Shown: positions 1-11,064 of the stretch, piece by piece | How the letters are laid out: each line of letters starts with the position of its first letter | Position numbering within the stretch: the stretch's first letter is position 1 | Source: Lingula anatina | Taxonomy: Eukaryota; Animalia; Brachiopoda | Length of the DNA: 64,000 nt | Reading direction: 5' to 3' | Assembly: GCA_051362555.1 (NCBI GenBank) | Contig: CM120644.1 | Coordinates: forward strand, 24,884,534 to 24,948,533 | The notes under the pieces: model-generated | What the model saw: the letters and a program-made list of their open reading frames with translations, nothing else | Told to the model about the DNA's origin: nothing | Database searches by the model: none | Position numbers and translations under genes: made by a program

Positions 1-205
1 TTATGATACATGCATTAACGCCCCCCCCCCTCTCCCCCACTAGACACCGACAGCCCCGCTCTCCTGCTGCCAAGGCCGTTGTGTACGTGTATATATCGTT
101 TAGTAGGTTATCTGATATCTGATAGATGTAAAGCTGTCACCAATCAACACACCACAATCAGGTGATGTTGTCAATAACCAGCTGGCAGGACGGTATCAAA
201 GTCTA
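1..205 (-). repeat. Copy 1 of the TRIM 5'-leader repeat (others at about 9490-9715 and 10005-10250)
   Basis: Shares the blocks ctgctgccaaggccgttgtgtacg and caatcaggtgatgttgtcaataacca...ggacggtatcaaagtcta with the other two copies. Confidence 0.8.
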
Positions 206-460
206 TCAACAATCATGTACAAGCCGCACAGCAATAGTACTACTGCCTGTCATTAACGCCCTGAATGCCCTGTACGAATTACCGTACCCTGCGTTCTTTA
301 TCTGACCAGTATGTTTCAATCTGACATATACGGGCTTGTTGTTGTGGCTGAGACTATGGTAATGGAAGGCGTAGACCCCTGAGGTCGGGGAGGTGAATCG
401 TGTCTTTATTGAAATCGTTGCCACTGTTCAGAAAGACGGTGTCGTTATACCTTTTCCCGG
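206..460 (-). pseudogene. Degenerate C1q-domain fragment
   Basis: FTSPTSGVYAFHYH fits the C1q FTxPxxGxYxF motif. Upstream in another frame, YNDTVFLNSGNDFN fits the preceding strand. Frameshifted and truncated against the repeat at 1-205. Confidence 0.55.
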
Positions 461-822
461 CTGATCAACTTCATTTAATCTTTCTTAAAATCTAGTTAAC
501 ATGGAAAGGGAGATTTGAATAAACTTTATCTGCATAAAATTAATCTTCCTCGTCAAATATCGTTAATGTTAGAGTGTTATCTACATAAGAGCTAATACTG
601 TAGGGTCTTTTTAACCGATGCGCCAATGTCAGCTTGTAATGAAAGCCTTCTATAGAATGAAAAAAAAAATAGCCGAAATATTTCCCTGTTCGTGTCAGAT
701 GTACGTACGGTCACACAAGGAAACCTAAGGACAGCTAATGTTTATTTGTTGACTCTCCCAACTGTAAGATCCACGTGAAACCTCCAATGTCGTAACCCTC
801 TCCCTTATTAGTAGGCTTGTTA

Positions 823-3800
823 AGGACCAAAAATTGGCCAAACGCTGCATTTTGTATAATTTTGCATCATAAAACGTAAAACGTTTACATGAAAATGAAA
901 GATTGAAAAGATAAACTATTTTTTATACTTGGCACGAATGTTCCTTGGGTCAAAAGATTTTTATCCAAAGAGACACGCTCTATCGATGCATAAATTAGCA
1001 AAATATATAATATTCCATATTTCCATTAACGTCTTCACCTTCGTTTGCATACGTCTTGAAGTCAAATTAGTCCAAAAATATGTTATATAACAGTTTTTAA
1101 ATGGTTTTGCCAGACATAGATTAAGTAAGAGACCAGCATGGCTGATTTGACTTTATGGTGACTATTGTTAGCTATTCTTTTGTTCAAATCCAAGAGCCTG
1201 TCGCTTTTTTAAAATTATGGCATAATTTACCTTTTTGAGCTGTTGGACTTTCATAAGATCGTAATACATCAATTGTTACTATTTTGGAAGTACATAATTA
1301 ATTTCTAGTGTTGTTCTGGTGACAGAGGATAGTAAAAAAAAGTGTTTTAAGACTATTCCAAGATGAATTTTCCTGTAGTTGTCATATGCTGTCGATGTTT
1401 TGCATGTTCGTCCATTGGAAACAATGAAAACTATATGTAGTCGCCTTGAGGATTCCTATTGGTAGTGAGATGACTTGTCTGGCCAAATTGTGCTAGGAAG
1501 GATCACTGGCACTGTCAACTAGAAAAGGAGGCTGCTTCCAGGACTTTGTTTGCATTATCCCTCTTGTCTACCTGCACAGCTGCTGCTTTCTAGTTGGTTT
1601 TGCAGATTCTTCTTCTGTGTAAAGATACCACTTTCCTCTTATGCGACTACTTGTTCCGATGCATTGATGTTTCTCTGGAAACACCTCATAGGACACTGAC
1701 CAAAGATCAATTCTTACTGGCTGTTGTCTTATTGGCCTACCAGAGCTGATTATTTATGTTTCTTTTTGCTGTGCTGCTGGATGATTTTTCAGACAAGATC
1801 TGGAGCTATTTCAAAGCAAAGTCCATTTAGGGGCATTTACTCATCAACACAACTAACCAAGTTCCATAGTATTATAAGACGACACATTTTTCACCCTTCA
1901 AATCTTCTGGTAACACGCAAATGCAAGCCCCAGTGACTGGGACATAAATGTGCATGTGGTTCTTTGGTTCCCATTGACCAGTAAAAGATTAATAATTTAA
2001 TACCACTATGTACAGGTATAAGCCAATATGCAGAGAGACTGGCTGGCAGAAATTTCGAAATACCAGATTATTTTGCTTGCCTTACAGTACGTAATGATCC
2101 TAGAAAATAAAATAAAAAGATACCTCAGGTAAATATGTTCAGGCTGTTTGTTCAAAGGGTATTCCTTGCTTCAAAATTAGCTTATAAATCTAAAAGCTTT
2201 ATGAACCAGGATCATTTTAATTATGTAAGTAGCATATTTTATTTTTCGTGGGATCAGTTCCACTTAGCAAAATAAAAAAAAAGTTGCAGCAAATTAGCTG
2301 CAAATTTACTGAAAACTAAACAGCTTTTTTGTAAGAAAAATTGTTGCTGCAAATTAACAAGAACTTTACAAATTTGCAAGAAAGCTTCAAATCCTTTGAA
2401 ATTCTTTTGATGGTACATTCCTTCTTCCAACATAAAAACAAATCGCAGCAACAGTTTACAGGAAACTTGAAATTTTGCTGTATTTAACATTACTGAGTTG
2501 TTTAGAAGTGAAAAGTACTTGACTCAACTGTAAAGACCAAAAATTGCATATTCAAAAGAAAAAAGTTATCAGTTTTATATTTATGTGGATGAGATGTACC
2601 GATACTTTTCAGATGAAGTCATCAGAACTGGTGAACAAGACTTGGAACTTGCTGATGTTACCATGGTTTATGATTGCAAAATTAAAACCCTTCCGTGATG
2701 TGGTCTCTTCTCTCTTTGATTCCCTGAATTCATATTTGAGCTATTTAGATGGGTCTTAGAAACATTTGAAGCTGCAAACGGTGCCAATGACAAGTACGTG
2801 GACCTGTACAAGGGGCTAAATCTAAAGCTTGGCAATGTAGATGTTAATGAAGCTGTTTCACTACGTGAGGTTTTGCCGGAAGATTGTGCCAAAAGAAGGA
2901 TTTTTGTTGAGCATTTGAAAGATGCTTTTCCATATCCTATGCATCTATGGACATACAGTTACGGTAACAACCTGGGGTACACTTATTTTCTATGGAAGAT
3001 GTACAGGTGCCAGTATACCTGAAGAGAGAGATAGCACGGCAGATATCAGAATCATGTTTGCAACTAGAGCAATGCGAAAGAAATTCATCAATAAATATGC
3101 CACACAAACTTCCTTGAAGCCTTCAATATTGCGAAATATGTTCTACATGCTGACAGGTCATGACAATGCCTCTAACACACTTGCAGAAAAGAAACTGGAT
3201 GGGGGTGTTTGTGATTTCCTACTGAGTGCAGATGATGAAGAACTGATATTTGACCTACAACATATTTGCCACTGGCCATGTCAGTTGAAGACTTGAGAAA
3301 GAAAATTCTTGAGAGACTGCCAGAAGGAGCAACTGCACCAAGTGGTTCTTGGACAAGGCTTAATTTTCAGAAAAAAACAGATATTTCAATGCAGTATTGA
3401 ACTATACTGGTAAATTTGATGTGAGATATGTTCAGCAGCGTATTCTACGTTGTAAGCATGAACATTCGGGCTTTTGCTTTAATCAGTATTTACTTATGAA
3501 GGAAATGGCAGTGAAATGGCGTGACTGGGCACAGTTTCAATGCTTAGATGATAAGGCCATCATTCCAGTTTGAGAGCCTGATGCAGCAGTTTCAACAGGG
3601 GTTCAAGCTATGGTTGTCTTGTGGTGGGTTCCTCAGCACCAGTCAGCCTGGACCATGATTTCCATGTAGCTTTCGTTGTACCATTTGTGTGTTTGAAGTT
3701 GATATTCCAGAAAATCCACAAGATTCATTTTATAATGGAATTTTGCATGTTACTGTGAAAGATAAAGTATTTGAGGTATCCAGTCCCAGACGCCATGCTG

Positions 3801-4539
3801 CTGAAACATCTGCAATAATGAGCCAGTTGGCCAGCATTCCTCCATTGTTGTTTAGACTTACAGATGTTGGTCCTGATCACAATACCACTTTCAAGTCTGA
3901 GCAGTTGGCTACACTGTGTGAGTCTGTTGTTCGTGATTTGGACTTGCTTGTCCTAGTAAGAACAGCTCCAAAACAGAGTTACAACAACCCAGCAAAAAGG
4001 ATGATGTCAATCCTTAATTTGGCTCTTCAGAATGTTGCCAATGCTAGAACAGGGATGCCGGATAACTTTGAATGGCAGGTGAAATATTTGAATTCTATCA
4101 GCGCCATCAGAAATGCAGCAAACAAGAACTCAGGATTGAAAAAATGCCTTGACTGAGTCCATGGCAACACCTATTGCCTCTGTTGAGGAGAGATTCCAAG
4201 CTTTGAAATGGAAAGATGAATTTGTCTAGGTTCACGGTGCTGTATCACCTGAAAGCTTGAAAGAAATTACCCAGAAGTTGGCAGTGTTTAATGATACTGT
4301 AGAATTTGACTCCATACATTCTGCAAAAGATGTTGCAAGACACCCCAAATTGACTGACTTCATGGATACTCACTGATGGTTCTGGCAATAAACCTACCAG
4401 ATAAAAAAAGTGTAAAAATCATAATGAAAAACCATGTGGTTATTGTACTCTCCATCCACCAAGGTATAGTGCACTTTATATGAATAATATGACTATAGTT
4501 CATCTGAGGAATGCTAATTGATAATGCTAGCCAAAGGTT

Positions 4540-4581
<42 letters not shown>

Positions 4582-6722
4582 CTTCAAACGGCAACTTGGA
4601 AATTCGTAATATTTTGTTCGGTGTTAATATTTGGTTGGTTTTAAATGTCCTTTTAAAGAATTAAAATTCTCACTCCCATTTACATATTAACATTGATTGC
4701 ATTTAAATAGTTCAGATAATTCTTTTTTTTTATTATAAAGAGTCACTTTGTACAAATTAAATCTCATCGTATAGGTTATTGTCCCAAAACATTCATATTT
4801 TAGAATGCCAGATGACTTGTTCCAAGAATTACATGTACTGCCAGACCCTATGTTGGATGAAGGTGGTGAATTCAAGACTTTTGCTGAATCGTATGGAACG
4901 GAAACCTCAGATGCTCACAGGCCAAGCGTGCTAAGAAAATCAGAATGTACAGATACAGACAAGAAAAATAGCAGTCTAATGGTTGGTGGTGAGTAAATTT
5001 ATCTTTACTAACATTTTATTTTCTCTTCTTAGGTAAAAGTGATTTTGTTTAAGTCATTTTATTGATGATTAAATTATCCTTTAATTCAAGTGAACTTTTA
5101 AATGCAAATTCAAAAAAAAAAAAAAAAATTCCCATTTAACTTTGCCTTTTCTTTTGTTTGAGATGTTAATTATAAGATATTAATCTTTCCAAACCAAATT
5201 GGTTTTACAGCCTTACCATTTTACTATATGGTCTATTTGACTAAAATGTTTTAGTCAAGAGAGTTGCAAGTTGAGTATATTCTCACACATATTTATTCAA
5301 ATAATTTCAATGCTTATTTATTTTGCAGGCAAGGCAAGAGCCTGTATATTGTGCAAGGTGTGTGGAAAAAGACGGGTCGTCTATGCCAACCAAATGATAA
5401 CCCTGGCCCAACGCCATACACTTGCCAGACTCGAAGAAGAACTGCTCTACACCTGTGGCAGTACCCTTGCTCCTGAACAGGTGTAATGTTATTTAGTGAC
5501 AGCATGCAGTGAATAAGAAAGTTTATTTTTAATTAATGAATAATTTAATTTAAAATATGCCTGGGGACAGACATATCGTCCCCGGGAGATAATGTAATGT
5601 TAGCTAGTGACAGCATGCAGTGAATAAGAGCGGGGAGTGTTTTGTAGTGTCACTTTAGTTGATTGACACGACCTTATTGTACTTAAGCGAAGAATGTAAT
5701 GTAGACGGGGAGAACGATGTAAGAGGTTGAACGGAGAGGAATATACTGTAGATAGCGTAGTTAGAAAGCGATAATAAAGAATATGGGAAAAAATGGAATT
5801 GTTTAGTTATTACCTCGCGCCACCAAGACAAAGTCAGTAACGTCGTCACATAGGGACAGAATCAAAATATGATTGTGAGGGAAAGCATCACTTGTTCATC
5901 TCCCATGGGGACGCAATATTATGCAGATGTGACTCAGTGTTTCCAGCAGTGTGCTATCATTGTGGGGACACTGAATTTGCTGAAGATGACCATAGGGTTA
6001 AGCAAAGTAAAGAAGAATTTGCAATTGTAAGGCCCATGTGTAAAGCATGTTTAAGTGAGGGAAAAAAGATCATAACACAAAATGCATTGAAGGTCAAGAG
6101 AAAGAGAAATTAAGGACTTTTAAGTGTTTTATGCAGCTTTTGATGATATGTTTATTTTTCTCATATTGGCATTTTCAAGTTGTGACTTTGAACTTACATG
6201 GGCTTGAAGACCTTTGCTAAACACTTTTTATGCATATCCATGATGTTTATTTTGCATCAAATTGACAAAAACTATATTGTGCACTGCCACCACAAATGCT
6301 TGGAAAGGCAAACTGTGTCTTTAATTTTTTTGTATAATACAAGAAAGATTCTTAGGAATGACATTCATTTAGACAAAATAAACATTGAAAAGGAATCATG
6401 TTTGTATCCTTTAAAAAAATATTGCTTTACTGTGTTAAAGTCAGTTTTTACCATTGTCTAAAGTAGGTTTGAAAATTATTTAACAAAAAATCATTATTTT
6501 GAAAAATATTTTTATTTTTATTTTCCCCCCTCCAACCTTTGAAAAAAAAATATTTGAGAAACAAGTGAAAAAAAATCTGCTTAATTTATAAACTTAAGTC
6601 TTAATTAATAATTGGGTAAATTAGAATAAAGTTGGAATAAAGTACAATTTCTAAAATATACTGTTTATTTCACAAGCATAAAAAGTATTACAGATGTATT
6701 TGCACCAAAAATCCTTGGTCCT
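823..6722 (+). mobile_element. Decayed Zator-like DDE transposon with an intron-containing transposase pseudogene (coding remnants about 2600-6113)
   Basis: Remnant motifs in order: CLDDKAIIPV (~3541), LDHDFH (~3648), TDVGPDH, RTAPKQSYNNPAKRMMSILNLALQ, then Cys-rich C-terminal exons (CKVCGKRRVVY, YTCGS, CYHCG...CKAC). GT-AG introns near 4463-4803 and 4989-5328. Several stops and frameshifts. The ends are tentative (weak inverted match aggaccaa/ttggtcct). Confidence 0.6.
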
Positions 6723-6964
6723 CTGTTATGTGTTTTATGGGTTTTGTCCTTTTGCACAAAACCATTACAAGAATGACATCGCAACACGACAGATGTCATT
6801 GTTGACATATTCGTAGCGCTTCGACCAAAATAACAACAAAGATTTCATTAAGATTTCTTAAAAGGATGAATCACATATTTTTTGCAAGTTATACTTTTAT
6901 CATATAGCCACTATCGCAAAAAAAAAAAATAAATAAATAAATAAAAATAAATAAATAAATAAAT

Positions 6965-7002
<38 letters not shown>

Positions 7003-7295
7003 AAATAAAACTTATATGAGAGGGCCTCTTTAAGTACGACAAGGTCATGTCAATCAACTCAAGTTACTCTACAAAACACTCCCCGTTCCTCATTTACTCG
7101 TTGCTGCTGTCAAATACTAACATTAAATTCGCATACATGTATGATGTAGCCTATCTAATTCATTTAGAACTTCGGCACAATTTCAATATCTATATACAGC
7201 AAATATAGTGCCAACTAGTTGTAACCTGTGTCTATTACATTTTCCTCAGTGATATTGATCACAATTCAAACATCATCACAGTGTTAAATCATATG

Positions 7296-9500
7296 TCATT
7301 TCTTATGTATATACTTATACGCGGATATTTCACCTCGGTTAGTTCCCACAACAAGCTCCCCGTTACTGTTGATATCAACTAACGCAGGATATTTAATGTT
7401 GTCACTCTTTGTCAAAATGTTACGTAGAAATGTTCCGTCTGAACCAAGGACCACCACCCTGCCATTATCTCGGTCAGCTATGAGTATATGTCCACCAAAC
7501 TTATCTACGCACACTCCGACTGGATAACTCAGTTGTCCGTCTCCACTTCCACTCTGATCTCGTGCTCCGTATTGGAACATGACGTCACCCTGGGGTGTCA
7601 CTGCATACACACAGTGGGCCCAGTGGTCGCTGACTATGATTGCATTGATGCCGTGATGGTATACACAGCGCAGTGTGCCTTTACTGCACATTGGGATAGG
7701 AATTTTGTTTACAAGTTGAAAAGATATCATGTCGTACACACAGATGCACTGTGCACCACTATCACACACGTACACCTTACCCTCTGTACGGTCCACAGTG
7801 ACACCCCAGGGGTCAGACATATCACCCTGACCAAAACATCGGATCGCCTGGCCTGATGTTGAATACAGTCTACAGCATTTATCGCCACATGTGACCCCAA
7901 ATCTATCGTTATTGACTATAGTGAAATACCTCACCACTCCCTCTATACTGATTTCACGATTGCTCTGACCTGCTCTGGAGAATATGGAGACTGAATTACC
8001 ATGTACAGCTAAAATACAACCGTCATCTGCACACTGGATATTCATCAGTGGCCCGTCCTTAACATAAAAACGATTAGCCCGCTCTGGTGTTTCAAGCCAT
8101 GAGAATTCCTGAAATTCTATCAGCTCGGGACAATATGCTCTCTCTTGTTTCAAACTTCCAAAACATGCATCCAAGGGACCCCGGTATGTTTTCGCCGTAA
8201 TGGACCCCGTTTTAATGGACAGCTGTGGTTCAGGGATTTTAGGAAACTGTAGCACAAGGTCCATTTTTGTTTTCCCTGGTGTAAATGTTATGTTGGTGTT
8301 TTTGGCATTACATACTAGTTCTACTGTCTGCAACTCCTGAAATCTAGTTTGTAGTTTTTTAGAATGGGTCATGACCTCAATGTCGGAACCGGTGTCTGTG
8401 AGTTGCTGAGCGAAATCACGAATGCTCTGAATGAAAATCTTGTTCATTTCTTGCTTGTCCTTTTCAGCTTCTAAAGTCTTCACCTGAGCAGAGGTGAGCG
8501 CCTTCACTTCTGCCTTTATTTCCTTGCTTTTGCCATGTATAAATCTTTTCATTTTGGTGTAATTGGACTGTGCTTTTGATTCGTAAGTTTCCAAATGCTG
8601 CTTGACAGTGGTCAAATATGCGTCCGTCTGTTGACGTACGTCCTTCTCTACTTGCTGATAATAATATTTGATTTCTCTTTCAATGGTTTTACTGTTTTCA
8701 TCTATCTCCTCAGCCATAGCTAATTCTTGAGAATCCACCAAACGAAGAACATTCGTCTGATTTTTAGTCAGCCTCTCTTCCGTTCGCACAATGGCCTTTT
8801 CCGCCTTCTCAAAACGAAACCGTTTCTCAGTAGGAAGATTTTTCAGTTTCTTTTGTATTAGATCTCGTTGAACTCTCACCATATCCCCCAATTCTTTGAA
8901 ATCGTGTTTGCTGTGGACTTTCACAATGCATTCCCTGCATATAACGGTGTCATCATTTTCACAATAGAATGCCAGCGGTTCTCCGTCGTGTTTGTTACAG
9001 TATTGAGATTTATCTAATACGTGACTTAACTGATCTCCCATGTCAGCTGGGTTAACTGAGAAATCGACTTGTGACATTGGAACAAATGAATGGTCCTCAC
9101 AAATCGGTATTTTGTCGTGAATTTCGCGACATGTAGGGCACAGTCGGTTGGTTTTGGGGCATTCGTTGCACATAAAAGCGGCCTGTTTATGGTTACAATA
9201 CTCACAAAGTTTCCCACCAGGCGTTTTCTGGCCTTTGATGAAGTCAGTTACTTTTCTTAAGAAGAAGTTTTTCACAAGAGTTTCTAACCCACCTGATGGT
9301 ACGAGGGCCTCTTGGCGACACACGGGGCAGGAAAACTTGTTCTGGACACCATTTTTGGCTGCATGGTCAGCAATGCATTCCAGGCAGAACGTGTGGTAAC
9401 AGGGGAGCACTCTCGGGTCTTTATATTCCTCCAGACATATATGACACATTAAAAAGTTTTCGCTGAAGACGTTGCACAACTCTTTCGAAGCCATTGCCAT
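7296..9500 (-). CDS. Intronless TRIM-NHL E3 ubiquitin ligase (RING, two B-boxes, coiled coil, NHL-type propeller), TRIM2/3/71-like, 734 aa
   Basis: C3HC4 RING CHIC...LPCYHTFCLEC...CPVC; B-box1 CEYC..CNEC..CPTC..H..H; B-box2 CNKH..FYCENDDTVICRECIVKVHSKH; NHL repeats such as GQLSYPVGVCVD and ILIADRDNGRV. The ORF is uninterrupted. Confidence 0.93.
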   Translation of the reverse strand: MAMASKELCNVFSENFLMCHICLEEYKDPRVLPCYHTFCLECIADHAAKNGVQNKFSCPVCRQEALVPSGGLETLVKNFFLRKVTDFIKGQKTPGGKLCEYCNHKQAAFMCNECPKTNRLCPTCREIHDKIPICEDHSFVPMSQVDFSVNPADMGDQLSHVLDKSQYCNKHDGEPLAFYCENDDTVICRECIVKVHSKHDFKELGDMVRVQRDLIQKKLKNLPTEKRFRFEKAEKAIVRTEERLTKNQTNVLRLVDSQELAMAEEIDENSKTIEREIKYYYQQVEKDVRQQTDAYLTTVKQHLETYESKAQSNYTKMKRFIHGKSKEIKAEVKALTSAQVKTLEAEKDKQEMNKIFIQSIRDFAQQLTDTGSDIEVMTHSKKLQTRFQELQTVELVCNAKNTNITFTPGKTKMDLVLQFPKIPEPQLSIKTGSITAKTYRGPLDACFGSLKQERAYCPELIEFQEFSWLETPERANRFYVKDGPLMNIQCADDGCILAVHGNSVSIFSRAGQSNREISIEGVVRYFTIVNNDRFGVTCGDKCCRLYSTSGQAIRCFGQGDMSDPWGVTVDRTEGKVYVCDSGAQCICVYDMISFQLVNKIPIPMCSKGTLRCVYHHGINAIIVSDHWAHCVYAVTPQGDVMFQYGARDQSGSGDGQLSYPVGVCVDKFGGHILIADRDNGRVVVLGSDGTFLRNILTKSDNIKYPALVDINSNGELVVGTNRGEISAYKYIHKK

Positions 9501-10699
9501 GGTATAGGCACAGAGCCCCGCCCCCTACACGCCGACCGCCCCGCTCTACTGCTGCCAAAGCCGTTGTGTACGCTTATATATCATTTAATAAGTTATTTAT
9601 ACTAATTCAAAGTTGTTACCCGTTCGACACATCCCAATCAGGTGATGTTGTCAATAACCAGGACGGTATCAAAGTCTATGCTGCATTAGCTGAGTGCTGC
9701 TTGACATATCAGTGATACATGTATACTGTGAGAGGTGTCATTCCGGTGACATGTGCCCCCCCCCCCCCCCCCCCTTTAAAATTTCCTTGTGTTTGGTTAT
9801 AGGTATTAAAATATTTGTATACCCCCTTACGCTATATAAACACTGAGAAAGAAAGGAGCACACAAGAATAGGCTTTATAAAACTGTTTATGAGCAATTAG
9901 ATAGAAAAATTAACCTGTTATTAAATAAAGTGACAGAGATGACGAGAGCTCTGGATAAATGAAACTATGATGAAATAAATATCGAAGCCCCTAGTTTCCA
10001 TACACCGAGCCATTGCCATGGTACATGTATTAGCCCCTCCCCCCCTCCCCTCCAAACACACACACGGGCGCTAACCGCCCTGCTCTACTGCTGTCAAGGA
10101 TGTTGTGTACGTGTAAATATCTTTTAGTGGGTTATCTGATATCTGATAGATTTTAAGTTGTCACCGATCAACACACCTTAATCAGCTGATGTTGTCAATA
10201 ACCAGGACGGTATCGAAGTCTAGAGCCTGAACTAACTGAGTGCTTGACAGTAATACACTGTACACGTCGGTGTGCATGTGTTTGTGTTTGGGAGGGGTTG
10301 GGGTTGGGGGTTTGTGGGGGTGTTATGTTAATTCCTTTTGATTGGACACTACCTCACGTATTTCTCTGTGGTCCCATGTTGTATTGATGTATTTTAATGC
10401 ATTTTTTAAAATATTGAATTTATAGTGTGCCACGTGATCATATTTCCTCTTTTTTATATAAGTGTAACCTCACGATCATATTTTTAAGTGATATTAATGA
10501 GTGATATTAGGTTAGCATCCATTTCAAGGACACGATGTAGATAACCATGAGGGTGGTGAACAAATAGTTATACATTAACCGGGTGGCATTCTATATCGAC
10601 TAAAATTAAAATGACATTGAGCGTTACTGATGCATTTTTGTATTGGGGACGCACAGATCTGGTAAATCTCTTTGGTGAAACCTGCCACAACGATTACTA

Positions 10700-10791
10700 C
10701 AAGAGAGAGAGAGAGACGACGACGACGACGACGACGAAAGAGAAAGTGAGTGTGTGTGAGGAAGAGAGAGAGAGACGAACGAGGAGAAAGA

Positions 10792-10827
<36 letters not shown>

Positions 10828-10835
10828 GTGTGTCT

Positions 10836-10874
<39 letters not shown>

Positions 10875-10882
10875 GACAAAAA

Positions 10883-10933
<51 letters not shown>
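10700..10933. repeat. Compound (GA)n/(GT)n/(ACG)n microsatellite
   Basis: Directly visible simple repeats. Confidence 0.97.
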
Positions 10934-10936
<3 letters not shown>

Positions 10937-11064
10937 CTAGTATATCTGCCCACCCTGAATGTGGGGGCACTATAAAGCTAGCTTGCTCACTTTAACTTTT
11001 CATGTGTTAGTTTTACAGTACCCATGAGAAATAGTGGCAATTTTGAATATCCGTCAATCAAAGG

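Noticed and set aside
7488-7856. 122-aa ORF antisense to the TRIM gene, and similar antisense ORFs over the P450, XPB and gag-pol
   Set aside because: Shadow ORFs of real coding sequence.
10575-10995. ORFs rich in SLSL/HTHT/ERER/CVCV
   Set aside because: They are translations of microsatellites.
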